From positions 2,738 to 66,737 of the forward strand of contig NZ_JBDGQQ010000055.1 in NCBI RefSeq assembly GCF_042218895.1: a stretch of DNA of 64,000 nucleotides, given 5' to 3'. This document shows, piece by piece, positions 30,374-40,381 of the stretch (position 1 is its first letter; each line of letters begins with the position of its first letter). The notes under the pieces were generated by a model. That model was not told the origin of the DNA, searched no databases, and saw only the letters and a list, made by a program, of their open reading frames with translations. Source of the DNA: Salinibacter sp. (GTDB taxonomy: Bacteria; Bacteroidota; Rhodothermia; Rhodothermales; Salinibacteraceae). The position numbers were made by a program, and so were the translations under genes.

Positions 30374-31246
30374 ATGCACCGACGACGGTTCCTGAGCACT
30401 GCTCTTCAGGCCACCGGCGGGCTCTGTGCCGGGCTGCCGCTAGCTGCCTGTGCGTCCGATGCCGACCCTTCGAACAGCACCGCCGCTGAGGCCTCTGGCT
30501 CGGCGGCAGCAGCGCTTCCCGCGATCGGTCTTCAGCTCTACACGATCCGGAGCGTCCTGGACAAGGACTTCCGCAAGACCATGGAGCAGGTGGCCGAGAT
30601 CGGATACGACGAGGTGGAGTTTGCCGGCTACTACGACCGGTCCCCCAAGGAAATCAACGCTCTCCTCGACGAGCTCGGCCTCGCGGCCCCCGCTACCCAC
30701 GTCCCCCTCAGCCGCATCCGGAAAGCCCCTGGCGCAATCATCCGTACGGCGAAGACCATCGGCCACCAGTACGTCGTGTGTCCGTACCTGGCGGAGAAGG
30801 AGCGCACCTCGCTCGACGACTATCGCCAGCGTGCCAAGGAATTTTCCGCGTTCGGTCAGCGGTGCACCAAGGCAGGGCTTCAGTTTGCGTATCACAACCA
30901 CGACTTCGAGTTTATGGCGATGGAGGGTACGCGGCCGTACGACGTGCTCCTCCAGGAGACCAGCCCGAAGCACGTCCAGATGGAGATCGACCTGTACTGG
31001 ATTGTCGAGGCCGGACACGACCCACTCGAGTATATTGCGCAGGCCCCCGACCGGTATCCGCTGTGCCACGTGAAGGACCGGGGGGCGAATGGGGGCATGG
31101 TGAGCGTCGGGAAGGGAACCATCGACTTCGCCTCCATCTTCCGAGAGGCGAACTTCCAGCACTATTTCGTGGAGCACGACAACCCCGAAAATCCGATGCA
31201 AAGCATCAAGACCAGCCACCGCACTCTCCAGAACCTCAAGATCTGA
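30374..31246 (+). CDS. Tat lipoprotein sugar-phosphate isomerase/epimerase-family TIM barrel
   Basis: MHRRRFL Tat signal plus LAAC lipobox; GLQLYTIR, YHNHDFEF, EIDLYW, HVKD, FVEHD. Confidence 0.88.
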   Translation: MHRRRFLSTALQATGGLCAGLPLAACASDADPSNSTAAEASGSAAAALPAIGLQLYTIRSVLDKDFRKTMEQVAEIGYDEVEFAGYYDRSPKEINALLDELGLAAPATHVPLSRIRKAPGAIIRTAKTIGHQYVVCPYLAEKERTSLDDYRQRAKEFSAFGQRCTKAGLQFAYHNHDFEFMAMEGTRPYDVLLQETSPKHVQMEIDLYWIVEAGHDPLEYIAQAPDRYPLCHVKDRGANGGMVSVGKGTIDFASIFREANFQHYFVEHDNPENPMQSIKTSHRTLQNLKI

Positions 31247-31373
31247 CCGATTCCGCCGGCGCATCCGCACGTTTATCTCCCGGCCTTTTTCCCTTTTCGG
31301 TTCTCCCGCGCGGTCAATGTCCGACTGCACTCCCCCACACTGAATTGTCTCATCAATCTCCAGCGCGGCCACG

Positions 31374-32549
31374 ATGGCACTCGATCGCAAGATTCGCTAC
31401 GGCATGGTAGGGGGCGGTCCCGGGGCATTCATCGGCGCCGTACACCGCTCCGCCGCCGCTCTCGACGGCGAACTGGAACTCGTCGCCGGTGCCTTCTCTT
31501 CCTCCCCCGAAAAGTCGAGACAGCAGGGCGAGGAGCTCCACCTCGATCCGGACCGGGTGTACGACACCTACGAGCAGATGGCGGAGCAGGAGGCCGAACG
31601 TGCCGATGGCATCGACGCCGTCTCCATCGTCACGCCTAACTTTCTGCACTACGACGTGGCGTCCACCTTTATCGAAAAGGGGTTCCACGTCGTCTGCGAC
31701 AAGCCGATGACCACCACGCTGGAGGACGCGGAGGATCTGTGCCGCCAGGTGGAGGAGCAGGACGTGGTGTTCGCGCTCACCCACAACTACTCGGGCTACC
31801 CGCTGGTGAAACAGGCCCGGGCGCTCGTCGAGCAGGGGCGGCTCGGCGACCTCCGAAAGATCGTGGTCGAGTATCCACAGGGCTGGCTGAACCGCCGGCT
31901 CGAGGAGGAGGGCAACAAGCAGGCCGCCTGGCGCACCGATCGGGAGAAGGCGGGGGCCGGGGCGCTGGGCGACATCGGCACGCACGCCGAGCACCTGGCC
32001 CGGTACGTGACGGGTCTCGGCATCGAGCGAATGTGCGCCGACGTAGGCACGGTCGTGGAGGGACGCGGCATCGACGACGACGCCACCATGCTCCTCCGCT
32101 TCGACGGCGGGGTGCGAGGACTCCTCCACTGCTCACAGATTTCGGCGGGGGAGGAAAACAACCTGCGTCTGCGCGTCTACGGCACCGACGCCGGGCTTGA
32201 CTGGCACCAGGAGGACCCACACCGGCTCAAAGTGCTGTCGGACATCCACGGCGACACGCCGCAGCAGACCTACACCCACGGCCGTCCCCACCTCGATGAC
32301 TCGGTGCAGCCCTTCATCCGGACCCCTCAGGGCCATCCGGAGGGCTTTATTGCGGCCTTCGCCAACATCTACCGCAGCGTAGCCCGCGCCATCGCGGCGC
32401 ACGAGGCGGGCACCGAGCCCGAACCCTGGGCACTCGACTTCCCCACGGTGCAGGACGGGGCCATCGGCGTGCACTTCATCCAGACGGCCCTGGAGAGCTC
32501 CGAGCGGGACGCCTGGGTCGACGCGTCCTACACCCCTCCCGGTGCGTAG
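31374..32549 (+). CDS. Gfo/Idh/MocA family NAD(P)-dependent oxidoreductase
   Basis: GMVGGGPGAFIG, VTPNFLH, CDKPM, YPQGWL, GDIGTH, GHPEGF. Confidence 0.93.
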   Translation: MALDRKIRYGMVGGGPGAFIGAVHRSAAALDGELELVAGAFSSSPEKSRQQGEELHLDPDRVYDTYEQMAEQEAERADGIDAVSIVTPNFLHYDVASTFIEKGFHVVCDKPMTTTLEDAEDLCRQVEEQDVVFALTHNYSGYPLVKQARALVEQGRLGDLRKIVVEYPQGWLNRRLEEEGNKQAAWRTDREKAGAGALGDIGTHAEHLARYVTGLGIERMCADVGTVVEGRGIDDDATMLLRFDGGVRGLLHCSQISAGEENNLRLRVYGTDAGLDWHQEDPHRLKVLSDIHGDTPQQTYTHGRPHLDDSVQPFIRTPQGHPEGFIAAFANIYRSVARAIAAHEAGTEPEPWALDFPTVQDGAIGVHFIQTALESSERDAWVDASYTPPGA

Positions 32550-32612
32550 AGCATCGAGGATCGAGAACGGTCCCCTTCTTCGACTCTCCATCCTCGCCCC
32601 CTCCACGACCCC

Positions 32613-32945
32613 ATGCCTGAAACAGCCTCCGCCGACATCCAGGACCTCACTCGGCGGCTTCGTGCGCGACTGGAGAACCTCTACGGGGATCGCTTGCGTG
32701 AAGTCGTGCTCTATGGCTCACACGCTCGGGGCGAGGCCTCCGAGGCGTCCGACGTGGACGTGATGGTCGTTCTGGAGGGAGAGCTCGACGCATGGACCGG
32801 GCTCCAGCGAATGTCGAGACCTGTGTACGATTTGGAGCTAGAAACCGAGGAAATGATCACCCTCTGTCCGATCTCTCGCACCGAATTTGAGCAGAAGGAG
32901 CATCCTCTACTGGTCAACGTCCACCGAGAGGGGATAACGGTATGA
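32613..32945 (+). CDS. Minimal nucleotidyltransferase (MNT) antitoxin
   Basis: LYGSHARGEASEASDVDV (GS-x10-DxD), ends EGITV; ATGA overlap with the HEPN gene. Confidence 0.88.
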   Translation: MPETASADIQDLTRRLRARLENLYGDRLREVVLYGSHARGEASEASDVDVMVVLEGELDAWTGLQRMSRPVYDLELETEEMITLCPISRTEFEQKEHPLLVNVHREGITV

Positions 32946-33237
32946 CCGACGCTCAGCGCGAACGCGTCCAGAGGGCCCACGAGCGTCTGGACGCCGCTCG
33001 CTACCTTCACGACGGAGGATTCTTTGACGACGCTGCCTCCCGGGCGTACTACGCTATGGCCCACATGGCCGAGGCGGCACTCCTCGAACACGACATTACT
33101 CCGAAGACGCACAAAGGACTCCAGGGCAATTCGGAAAGCAATTTGTGACCCCCGGAATCTTCACCCCAGAAACGGGCCGCAACCTGCGTCGGGCGTTCGA
33201 CCTCCGCCAAGTGGCAGAGTCCGGGACGAACGCTTAG
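32942..33237 (+). pseudogene. HEPN-domain toxin, frameshifted and 3'-truncated
   Basis: SRAYYAM...KTHKG in the first frame; HEPN-like [27 protein letters not shown] continues in another frame from about 33127 and ends at TAG 33235. Confidence 0.82.
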
Positions 33238-33280
33238 CCGATCGCCTTCCATTCCACATTCCAAAATCCACACTCCCGCA

Positions 33281-34285
33281 ATGCCCTACCGACCCGTTAC
33301 CCTCTTCACCGGCCAGTGGGCCGACATGCCGCTCGACACCCTTGCCCAGAAGGCCGCCGACTGGGGCTACGACGGCCTTGAGCTTGCCTGCGCTGGGGAT
33401 CACTTTGACGTCGAGCAGGCCGTCGAGGACGACGGATACCTTCGCCGGAAGCGGCAGCATCTTGCGGAGTATGACCTGGAGGTGTGGGCCATCAGCCAGC
33501 ACCTCGTCGGGCAGGCCGTGAGCGACCGCGTCGACGAGCGCCACCAGGAGATTCTGCCCGAGCGCGTGTGGGGCGATGGCGACCCCGAGGGCGTCACGCG
33601 GCGGGCCATCGAGGAGATGAGACGGACGGCCGCGGCCGCGAGTGCCTTCGGCCTCGACGTAGTGACGGGCTTCACAGGATCGCCGGTGTGGCCCCTGCTC
33701 TACGCCTTCCCCCCCACGCCGCAGGCGATGATCGACGAGGGGTACGAGACCTTCGCCGACCAGTGGACCCCCATCCTCGACACCTTCGCGGACGAGGGGG
33801 TGCAGTTCGCCCTCGAGGTGCACCCCACCGAAATTGCGTTCGATCTCAGCACGGCCGAGCGGACCCTTGACGCCCTCGACGGCCATCCGGCCTTTGGCTT
33901 CAACTACGACCCCAGCCACTTCGGCTACCAGGGGGTCGACTACCTCGCGTTCCTTGATCGGTTCGCCGACCGCGTCGACCACGTCCACATGAAGGATGTC
34001 TGGTGGGCCGACGAGCCACAGAAGGCCGGTGTCTTTGGGGGGCACCTGCCGTTCGGGCACGAGGACCGCTACTGGGACTTCCGCTCCATCGGCCGCGGCA
34101 AGATCGACTTTGAGGAGATCATTCGGCGGCTCAACCGTGTGGGGTACGACGGTCCCCTCTCCATCGAGTGGGAGGACAGCGGCATGGACCGGGAGCATGG
34201 TGCCAAGGAGGCCTGCAGCCGGGTGCGCGCCGTTGACTTTCCGCCGGCCGAGGCGGGGTTCGAGGACGCCTTCGCCGAGGAGTAG
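33281..34285 (+). CDS. Cytoplasmic sugar-phosphate isomerase/epimerase-family TIM barrel (candidate 3-keto-glucal hydratase)
   Basis: [56 protein letters not shown]. Confidence 0.9.
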   Translation: MPYRPVTLFTGQWADMPLDTLAQKAADWGYDGLELACAGDHFDVEQAVEDDGYLRRKRQHLAEYDLEVWAISQHLVGQAVSDRVDERHQEILPERVWGDGDPEGVTRRAIEEMRRTAAAASAFGLDVVTGFTGSPVWPLLYAFPPTPQAMIDEGYETFADQWTPILDTFADEGVQFALEVHPTEIAFDLSTAERTLDALDGHPAFGFNYDPSHFGYQGVDYLAFLDRFADRVDHVHMKDVWWADEPQKAGVFGGHLPFGHEDRYWDFRSIGRGKIDFEEIIRRLNRVGYDGPLSIEWEDSGMDREHGAKEACSRVRAVDFPPAEAGFEDAFAEE

Positions 34286-34581
34286 AGGCGGCTGGTTACA
34301 GCCCTGGCCCCAACCTTAACCGGGATGCCCGATCCGACCTCTACGCATCTAACAGCTTCCGTAGGCGGGACCGCCTCTGTCTTGGTAGCGGCAACGGCCG
34401 CTTCACGCTCGCCTCAGTGGGGCACTCTTCTGGCTCACGATCAGGGGGAAGACGTGGTCTTTCCCACCCCGTCCAACATGATCCGATGACCGTCTCGAAG
34501 AAGGATGCGCCGGCATGGGTCGTGGCCCGCCGTCTTGGCTGCGAACGCTGACGCTTTTTACGATGGCATGGCTCGTTTTCA

Positions 34582-37500
34582 ATGAATCGGTCCACCCTCC
34601 TCGTCCTTCTCGGCACGCTTCTCCTTGGCTGCGCGGCCTGCAGCAACGATGCGTCCACGCCTCCGCTGTTCACGCGTCTCTCGCCGGAGCGTACCGGTGT
34701 GACGTTCTCGAACACGCTGACTGAATCCCCATCCCTCAACATCCTCAACTACCTCTACTACTATAACGGAGGTGGCGTGGCAGTGGGCGACCTCAACGGC
34801 GACCGTCTCCCGGACCTCTATTTTACGGCCAATGAGGGCCCGAACAAGCTCTACCTCAATCAGGGCGACTTTCGGTTCAAGGACGTGACGAAGGCCGCTG
34901 GCGTAGCCGGCTCGGCCGACTGGTCGACCGGCGTCACGATGGCCGACGTCAATGGAGATGGTCGGCTCGACATCTACGTCTCCGTCGTCCACGGCATCCA
35001 GGGTCTGGAGGGCCACAACGAGCTCTACATCAACCAGGGCCCCGGTGACGACGGCGTTCCCCAGTTCACCGAGAACGCCGCCCAGTACGGGCTCGACCAG
35101 CGGGCGTACGGGACGCAGGCCACCTTCTTCGACTACGACGACGACGGGGATCTCGACGTGTACCTGCTCAACTCCTCCACCCATGAGGAACGGACCTACG
35201 GCCGCGCCGAGCTCCGCAAAAAAGGAAGCGAGAAGGCCGGCGATCGGCTCTACCGTAACGACGATTCTTCCTTCGTCGAGGTGACCGAGGAGGCCGGCCT
35301 CTACAGCGGCCGCACCGGCTACGGCCTCGGCGTGGCGGTGAGCGACCTGGATCGCAACGGCTGCCCGGACCTCTACGTCGCGAACGACTTCCACGAGCAC
35401 GACTACCTCTACTACAACAACTGCGACGGCACCTTCACCGAAGCCATCGAGCAGGCCACAGGCCACGTCAGCTACTCCTCGATGGGCGTCGATGCGGCCG
35501 ACTACAACAACGATGGGCGCCCCGACGTGGCCGTGCTCGACATGCTCCCCTTCCAGGAGAAGGTCCGAAAAACCAGTGCTGGGGCCGACACCCGAGAGGT
35601 CTACGAGCTTAAGCGCCGCTACGGCTACCACCACCAGCTCGACCGTAACACGCTCCAGTTAAATCAGGGCAACCGCCGGTTCAGCGAAATCGGCCTCCTG
35701 GCCGGCGTGGCCGCGACGGACTGGAGCTGGGCGCCCCTCTTCGCCGATCTCAATAACGACGGGCGGAAGGACCTCTTCGTGACGAACGGCATCTACCGGC
35801 GGCCGAATGACCTCGACTACATCGAGTATGCCTCGCAGGACAAGGTCATACGGAAGATGAAGGAGATCAGCGAGGAGGACCTGAAAATCCAGGAGCGTCT
35901 TCCCCAGCGCCCCGTCTCGAACTTTGCCTTCCACAACGACGGCGACCTTACCTTTTCGGACTCGACGACCGCGTGGGGCCTGCACCGGCCCGGCTTCTCG
36001 AACGGGGCGGCCTACGCCGACCTCAACAATGACGGCAGTCTTGACCTCATCACCAACAACATCGAGGAGCCAGCATCCATCTACGAGAACCGAGCCGACT
36101 CTCTTCTTGAACATCATGCCCTCACAATCCGCCTGCGAGGAGACGGCGAGAACACACGGGGTATCGGGGCGACGGTGACGGTGCACCAGGAAAACCGAAC
36201 GCAGGTGCTGGAGCAGATGCCCACGCGAGGGTACCAGTCGTCGGTGGCCCAGCGCCTGCACTTCGGGCTCGGCACGCAGGACGTTGACTCGCTCACCGTG
36301 GTCTGGCCTGACGGCCGCACCGAGACGCGAGCGAATGTGGCCGTTGACCAGACGATCACCCTCCATCAAGCCGACGCAACCGCCCCTGCTCCCGCCCCCG
36401 ACACCGCCTCGAATTCCCCACTCGTCACGACGGCCCCGGCCGACACGCTGGGCATCGACTTTCAACACGAAGAGAACACCGCCTACGATTTCCGGCGCGA
36501 GCCCCTGATGCCCCACAAGCTTTCCCAGGAAGGGCCCGCGGTGGCGGTCGGCGACGTGAACGGCGACGGGCTCGATGACGTCTACCTCGGGGGCGCGAAG
36601 CGACAGCCCGGCGCGCTCTACGTGCAGGAGCAAAATGGCCGCTTTCACCCATCAGACGCCAACAAAAAGGCCTGGAGGGCCGATAAGCTCCACGAGGACG
36701 TAGACGCCGCGTTCTTCGACGCGAACGGGGACGGGGCGCTCGACCTCTACGTGGTGAGCGCGGGCAACGAATTCTGGGGGGATGCCGACGCGCTCCGCGA
36801 TCGGCTCTACCTGAACGACGGCTCAGGAACGTTTCGCCGTGCCGATGGGGCTCTTCCGGGAAGCGTGGCGACCAACGGGGGGGTCGTCGCCCCCGCCGAC
36901 TTCGACGACGACGGGGACATGGATCTTTTCGTGGGCAGTCGCGTGGTGGCCCGCAAGTACGGCAAGACGCCCGAGAGCGCTCTGCTCGAAAACGACGGCT
37001 CCGGCCACTTTACGGACGTGACCGACGAGGTAGGCCCGGGACTGCGAAAGGTCGGCATGGTGAGCGACGCCGCGTGGACTGACGTGCGGGGCAGCGACGC
37101 GCTCGACCTGGTCGTCGTGGGCGAGTGGATGCCGATTACGGTATTCGAACAGCAGGAGGGCGAGCTAGTCGACCGCACGGACGCCGCCGGTCTCGCCGAC
37201 ACGCATGGGTGGTGGAACGCCGTGCACGCCGCCGACCTCAACGGCGACGGGACCGACGATCTCATCGCGGGCAATCTCAGCCTCAACTCCCGCCTCCGGG
37301 CCACCCCCGACGCGCCCGCCCGCCTCTACCGGAACGACTTTGGCGGCAAGAAGGGGCAGGAGTCCATTCTGACCCACTACCGACACGGAACAAGCTATCC
37401 CTACGCGGGCCGGGACGCGTTGCTCGAACAGATTCCGTCGCTGAAGAAGAAATTTCCGACGTACGAGTCGTTTGGCGCCAGCCAGATCGACGACCTCTTC

Positions 37501-37929
37501 TCCGCCGCAAAAATCCGGGAGGCCACGGTGAAGACGGCACACACCTTCGCGAGTGTGTACGTCGAACACCAGGGAGACGGCACGTTTGCCGTCGAGGCGC
37601 TCCCGTCCCGGGCACAGTTTGCGCCGATCTACGGGACCCTCGTGCACGACCTCGACGACAATGGGACTCGCGATGTCATGCTGGGCGGCAACTTCTACGC
37701 CCTCAAACCTAAACAGGGACGCTACGACGCCAGCTACGGCACCGTGTTGAGGGGCGACGGCAATGGCCGCTGGACCCCCGTTCCTCCGCCTGAGAGCAAC
37801 CTGTATCTCCGTGGCGAGGTGCGTGCCCTGCGGCTCCTCGAGCGAGCCGACGGGACGCACTGTGTTCTGGTAGCACGGAACGACGCGCGCCCGCAGGTGG
37901 TGCGTCTACAGGAAACGGACGCACCGTAG
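34582..37929 (+). CDS. FG-GAP/VCBS repeat lipoprotein with central ASPIC/UnbV domain
   Basis: Lipobox; many DxxxDGxxD...LYxN repeats; RGYQSS..LHFGLG..VVWPDG; second repeat block after the ASPIC domain. Confidence 0.9.
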   Translation: MNRSTLLVLLGTLLLGCAACSNDASTPPLFTRLSPERTGVTFSNTLTESPSLNILNYLYYYNGGGVAVGDLNGDRLPDLYFTANEGPNKLYLNQGDFRFKDVTKAAGVAGSADWSTGVTMADVNGDGRLDIYVSVVHGIQGLEGHNELYINQGPGDDGVPQFTENAAQYGLDQRAYGTQATFFDYDDDGDLDVYLLNSSTHEERTYGRAELRKKGSEKAGDRLYRNDDSSFVEVTEEAGLYSGRTGYGLGVAVSDLDRNGCPDLYVANDFHEHDYLYYNNCDGTFTEAIEQATGHVSYSSMGVDAADYNNDGRPDVAVLDMLPFQEKVRKTSAGADTREVYELKRRYGYHHQLDRNTLQLNQGNRRFSEIGLLAGVAATDWSWAPLFADLNNDGRKDLFVTNGIYRRPNDLDYIEYASQDKVIRKMKEISEEDLKIQERLPQRPVSNFAFHNDGDLTFSDSTTAWGLHRPGFSNGAAYADLNNDGSLDLITNNIEEPASIYENRADSLLEHHALTIRLRGDGENTRGIGATVTVHQENRTQVLEQMPTRGYQSSVAQRLHFGLGTQDVDSLTVVWPDGRTETRANVAVDQTITLHQADATAPAPAPDTASNSPLVTTAPADTLGIDFQHEENTAYDFRREPLMPHKLSQEGPAVAVGDVNGDGLDDVYLGGAKRQPGALYVQEQNGRFHPSDANKKAWRADKLHEDVDAAFFDANGDGALDLYVVSAGNEFWGDADALRDRLYLNDGSGTFRRADGALPGSVATNGGVVAPADFDDDGDMDLFVGSRVVARKYGKTPESALLENDGSGHFTDVTDEVGPGLRKVGMVSDAAWTDVRGSDALDLVVVGEWMPITVFEQQEGELVDRTDAAGLADTHGWWNAVHAADLNGDGTDDLIAGNLSLNSRLRATPDAPARLYRNDFGGKKGQESILTHYRHGTSYPYAGRDALLEQIPSLKKKFPTYESFGASQIDDLFSAAKIREATVKTAHTFASVYVEHQGDGTFAVEALPSRAQFAPIYGTLVHDLDDNGTRDVMLGGNFYALKPKQGRYDASYGTVLRGDGNGRWTPVPPPESNLYLRGEVRALRLLERADGTHCVLVARNDARPQVVRLQETDAP

Positions 37930-38044
37930 AATTGGGAGGCAGATCCACGGCGTACGTCCCCGCGCAGCTGGTTTGCCCGACCCGTCCTGGTTGAGGGCCC
38001 TTCCCTTCTAGCACGACAGACCCCGCGCCAAGACGACAGTTCCG

Positions 38045-40363
38045 ATGTCTCGACTCCCTCCTCCGTTCGCTCGTTCCCTTATCCTGGGACTCCTGGCCGC
38101 GTTTGCAGTTGGCTGCCAGTCCGGAACCGACTCGGGGGCCTCCTCGAACGTCGAGCCCCCCATCCAGGCCGACACGATTGCCGGTACGGAGACCGAAAAG
38201 ATGCGCAGGGTGCTCGCCGCGCTCAACGAGCAGGCATACGCCCATCCGATGGAATACTTTCACCTTAACGGCCGCCGGGCCGAGGTCTTCAAGAAGCGCC
38301 TGGATGAGGCCGCCTCGGCCAAGAAGAAAAACAAGCTCCGTTACCAGTACGCCTACGAGCTCCTGTACGCCGGACAGGTAAAAGAATCGATTCGCCAACT
38401 CAACACGCTGATTCAAACCGAGAACCTGAGGCTTCCCCAGATGTCGAGGCGGACGAAACCAATCTACAATCTGCTGGGTCTCGCATATTTGCGGCTGGGG
38501 GAACAGCAAAATTGCATCAAGCACCACTCCTCACAGTCGTGCATCCTCCCCATCCGCGGGGCAGGGGTCCACACGAACAAAACCGGCTCCCAAAATGCGG
38601 CGGAAATCTACAAAACCATGGCGCAACAGTACCCGGGCGACCTGGAACCCCGGTGGCTGTACAACGTCGCCCACATGACGCTCGGCCAGTACCCGGACGA
38701 AATCCCCTACGGCCGCCTCCGCATTCCGGGCATCGAGGCCACCGACGACGGCCCGATCAAGCAGTTTCGGGAGGTGGCAAGCCCGTTGGGCGTCAACCAC
38801 AACGCCATCGCCGGAGGTGTGAGCGTGGAGGACTTCAACAACGACGGATTCCTGGACATCTTCGCCACCTCCTACGGCTTAGACGACGAGCCTCGCCTCT
38901 ACATGAACGATGGTGAGGGCGGGTTCGTCGACCGGACGGAGGAAGCTGGCCTAACCGGACTCGTCGGCGGCCTCAACACGGTCCACGCCGATTACAACAA
39001 CGACGGGTACGAGGACATCTTCATTCTCCGCGGGGCGTGGCTCGGGGAGCAGGGGCGGCGTCCCAACTCGCTGCTCCGCAACAACGGGGACGGGACCTTC
39101 ACCGACGTCACCTACAAAGCAGGCCTCGACGCGTACCACCCGACCCAGACGGCCGCCTGGGCCGACGTGAACAACGACGGCCACGTTGACCTCTTCGTCG
39201 GCAACGAGTCGGACGCCGAGCTCGACCCCTTTTCCGGCGATACGACCGGAACGACATCGACCCCGCACCCGAGCACCCTGTACCTCAATCAGGGAAACGG
39301 CACGTTCGTCGAACGGGCCGCGGAGGCAGGCATCGACCTGAAGACCTACGTCAAGGGGTCGGCCTGGGGCGACGTCAACGGCGACGGATTGCCCGACCTC
39401 TACGCGTCCGTTCTCGGCGGTCCAAATCGGCTCTACGTGAACCAGGGCCCCTCTGCCAACGGCCTGCCGCAGTTCGAGGAACGGGCCAAGGAGGCGGGGG
39501 TCCGTGCCCCGATTTTCAGCTTTCCGGTCTGGTTCTGGGACTACAACAACGATGGCCACGACGATCTCTTCGTCTCGGGCTACGACATGCGCTACTTCCA
39601 GCGCGTGGCCCACGCCGTAGCGGCCGAGTATCTGGGGGCTAACCTTCAGGTTGAAACCCCGCGCGTGTACCGGAACGATGGCGACGGCACCTTCACGGAG
39701 GTCTCCCGGACACTAAATCTCGACAAGGTTCTCTTCACGATGGGCTCCAACTACGGGGACCTCGACAACGACGGGTACCAGGACTTTTACGCGGGCACCG
39801 GCTCCCCGGACTTTAGCTCCATCGTGCCGAACCGCATGTTTCACAATCAAGACGGGGCCCGCTTCGAGGAGGTCTCCTTCAAGGGCGGATTCGCACACAT
39901 CCAGAAGGGGCACGCCGTGGCGTTCGCCGACTTCGACCGCGACGGCGACCAGGACATCTACAGCGTCATGGGCGGGGCCGTGCCGGGCGACTCGTACCCC
40001 AACGTGCTCTTCGAGAACCCCGGCCACGGCCACAACTGGGTGACCCTCGACCTGCGTGGACGCACCGCGAACCGATCCGCCATCGGTGCGCGCATCAAAA
40101 TTACGGCTCGTCGTCCGGACGGAACGAGGCGGACGATCTACCGCACGGTGCGCACCGGCGGCAGCTTCGGCGCGGCAGCGTTGCAGCAGGAAATTGGTCT
40201 GGGCGAGGCTACGCGCATCGATACCCTGCGCGTTACCTGGCCTACCGCCAAAAGCAACACACAAACATTTACGGGGCTCTCCGTGAACAAGACGTACCGG
40301 CTCGTCGAGGGCAAGACGCCTACCCCCCTCGACCGCCCGACGGTTCCGTTTCGCGTCCCCTAA
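38045..40363 (+). CDS. CRTAC1-family lipoprotein: helical/TPR-like N-domain, FG-GAP propeller, ASPIC/UnbV
   Basis: AVGC lipobox; DFNNDGFLD-type repeats; NRSAIGARI, GGSFG, EIGLG, VTWP. Confidence 0.88.
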   Translation: MSRLPPPFARSLILGLLAAFAVGCQSGTDSGASSNVEPPIQADTIAGTETEKMRRVLAALNEQAYAHPMEYFHLNGRRAEVFKKRLDEAASAKKKNKLRYQYAYELLYAGQVKESIRQLNTLIQTENLRLPQMSRRTKPIYNLLGLAYLRLGEQQNCIKHHSSQSCILPIRGAGVHTNKTGSQNAAEIYKTMAQQYPGDLEPRWLYNVAHMTLGQYPDEIPYGRLRIPGIEATDDGPIKQFREVASPLGVNHNAIAGGVSVEDFNNDGFLDIFATSYGLDDEPRLYMNDGEGGFVDRTEEAGLTGLVGGLNTVHADYNNDGYEDIFILRGAWLGEQGRRPNSLLRNNGDGTFTDVTYKAGLDAYHPTQTAAWADVNNDGHVDLFVGNESDAELDPFSGDTTGTTSTPHPSTLYLNQGNGTFVERAAEAGIDLKTYVKGSAWGDVNGDGLPDLYASVLGGPNRLYVNQGPSANGLPQFEERAKEAGVRAPIFSFPVWFWDYNNDGHDDLFVSGYDMRYFQRVAHAVAAEYLGANLQVETPRVYRNDGDGTFTEVSRTLNLDKVLFTMGSNYGDLDNDGYQDFYAGTGSPDFSSIVPNRMFHNQDGARFEEVSFKGGFAHIQKGHAVAFADFDRDGDQDIYSVMGGAVPGDSYPNVLFENPGHGHNWVTLDLRGRTANRSAIGARIKITARRPDGTRRTIYRTVRTGGSFGAAALQQEIGLGEATRIDTLRVTWPTAKSNTQTFTGLSVNKTYRLVEGKTPTPLDRPTVPFRVP

Positions 40364-40381
40364 CATCTTGAAAATCTTCCA

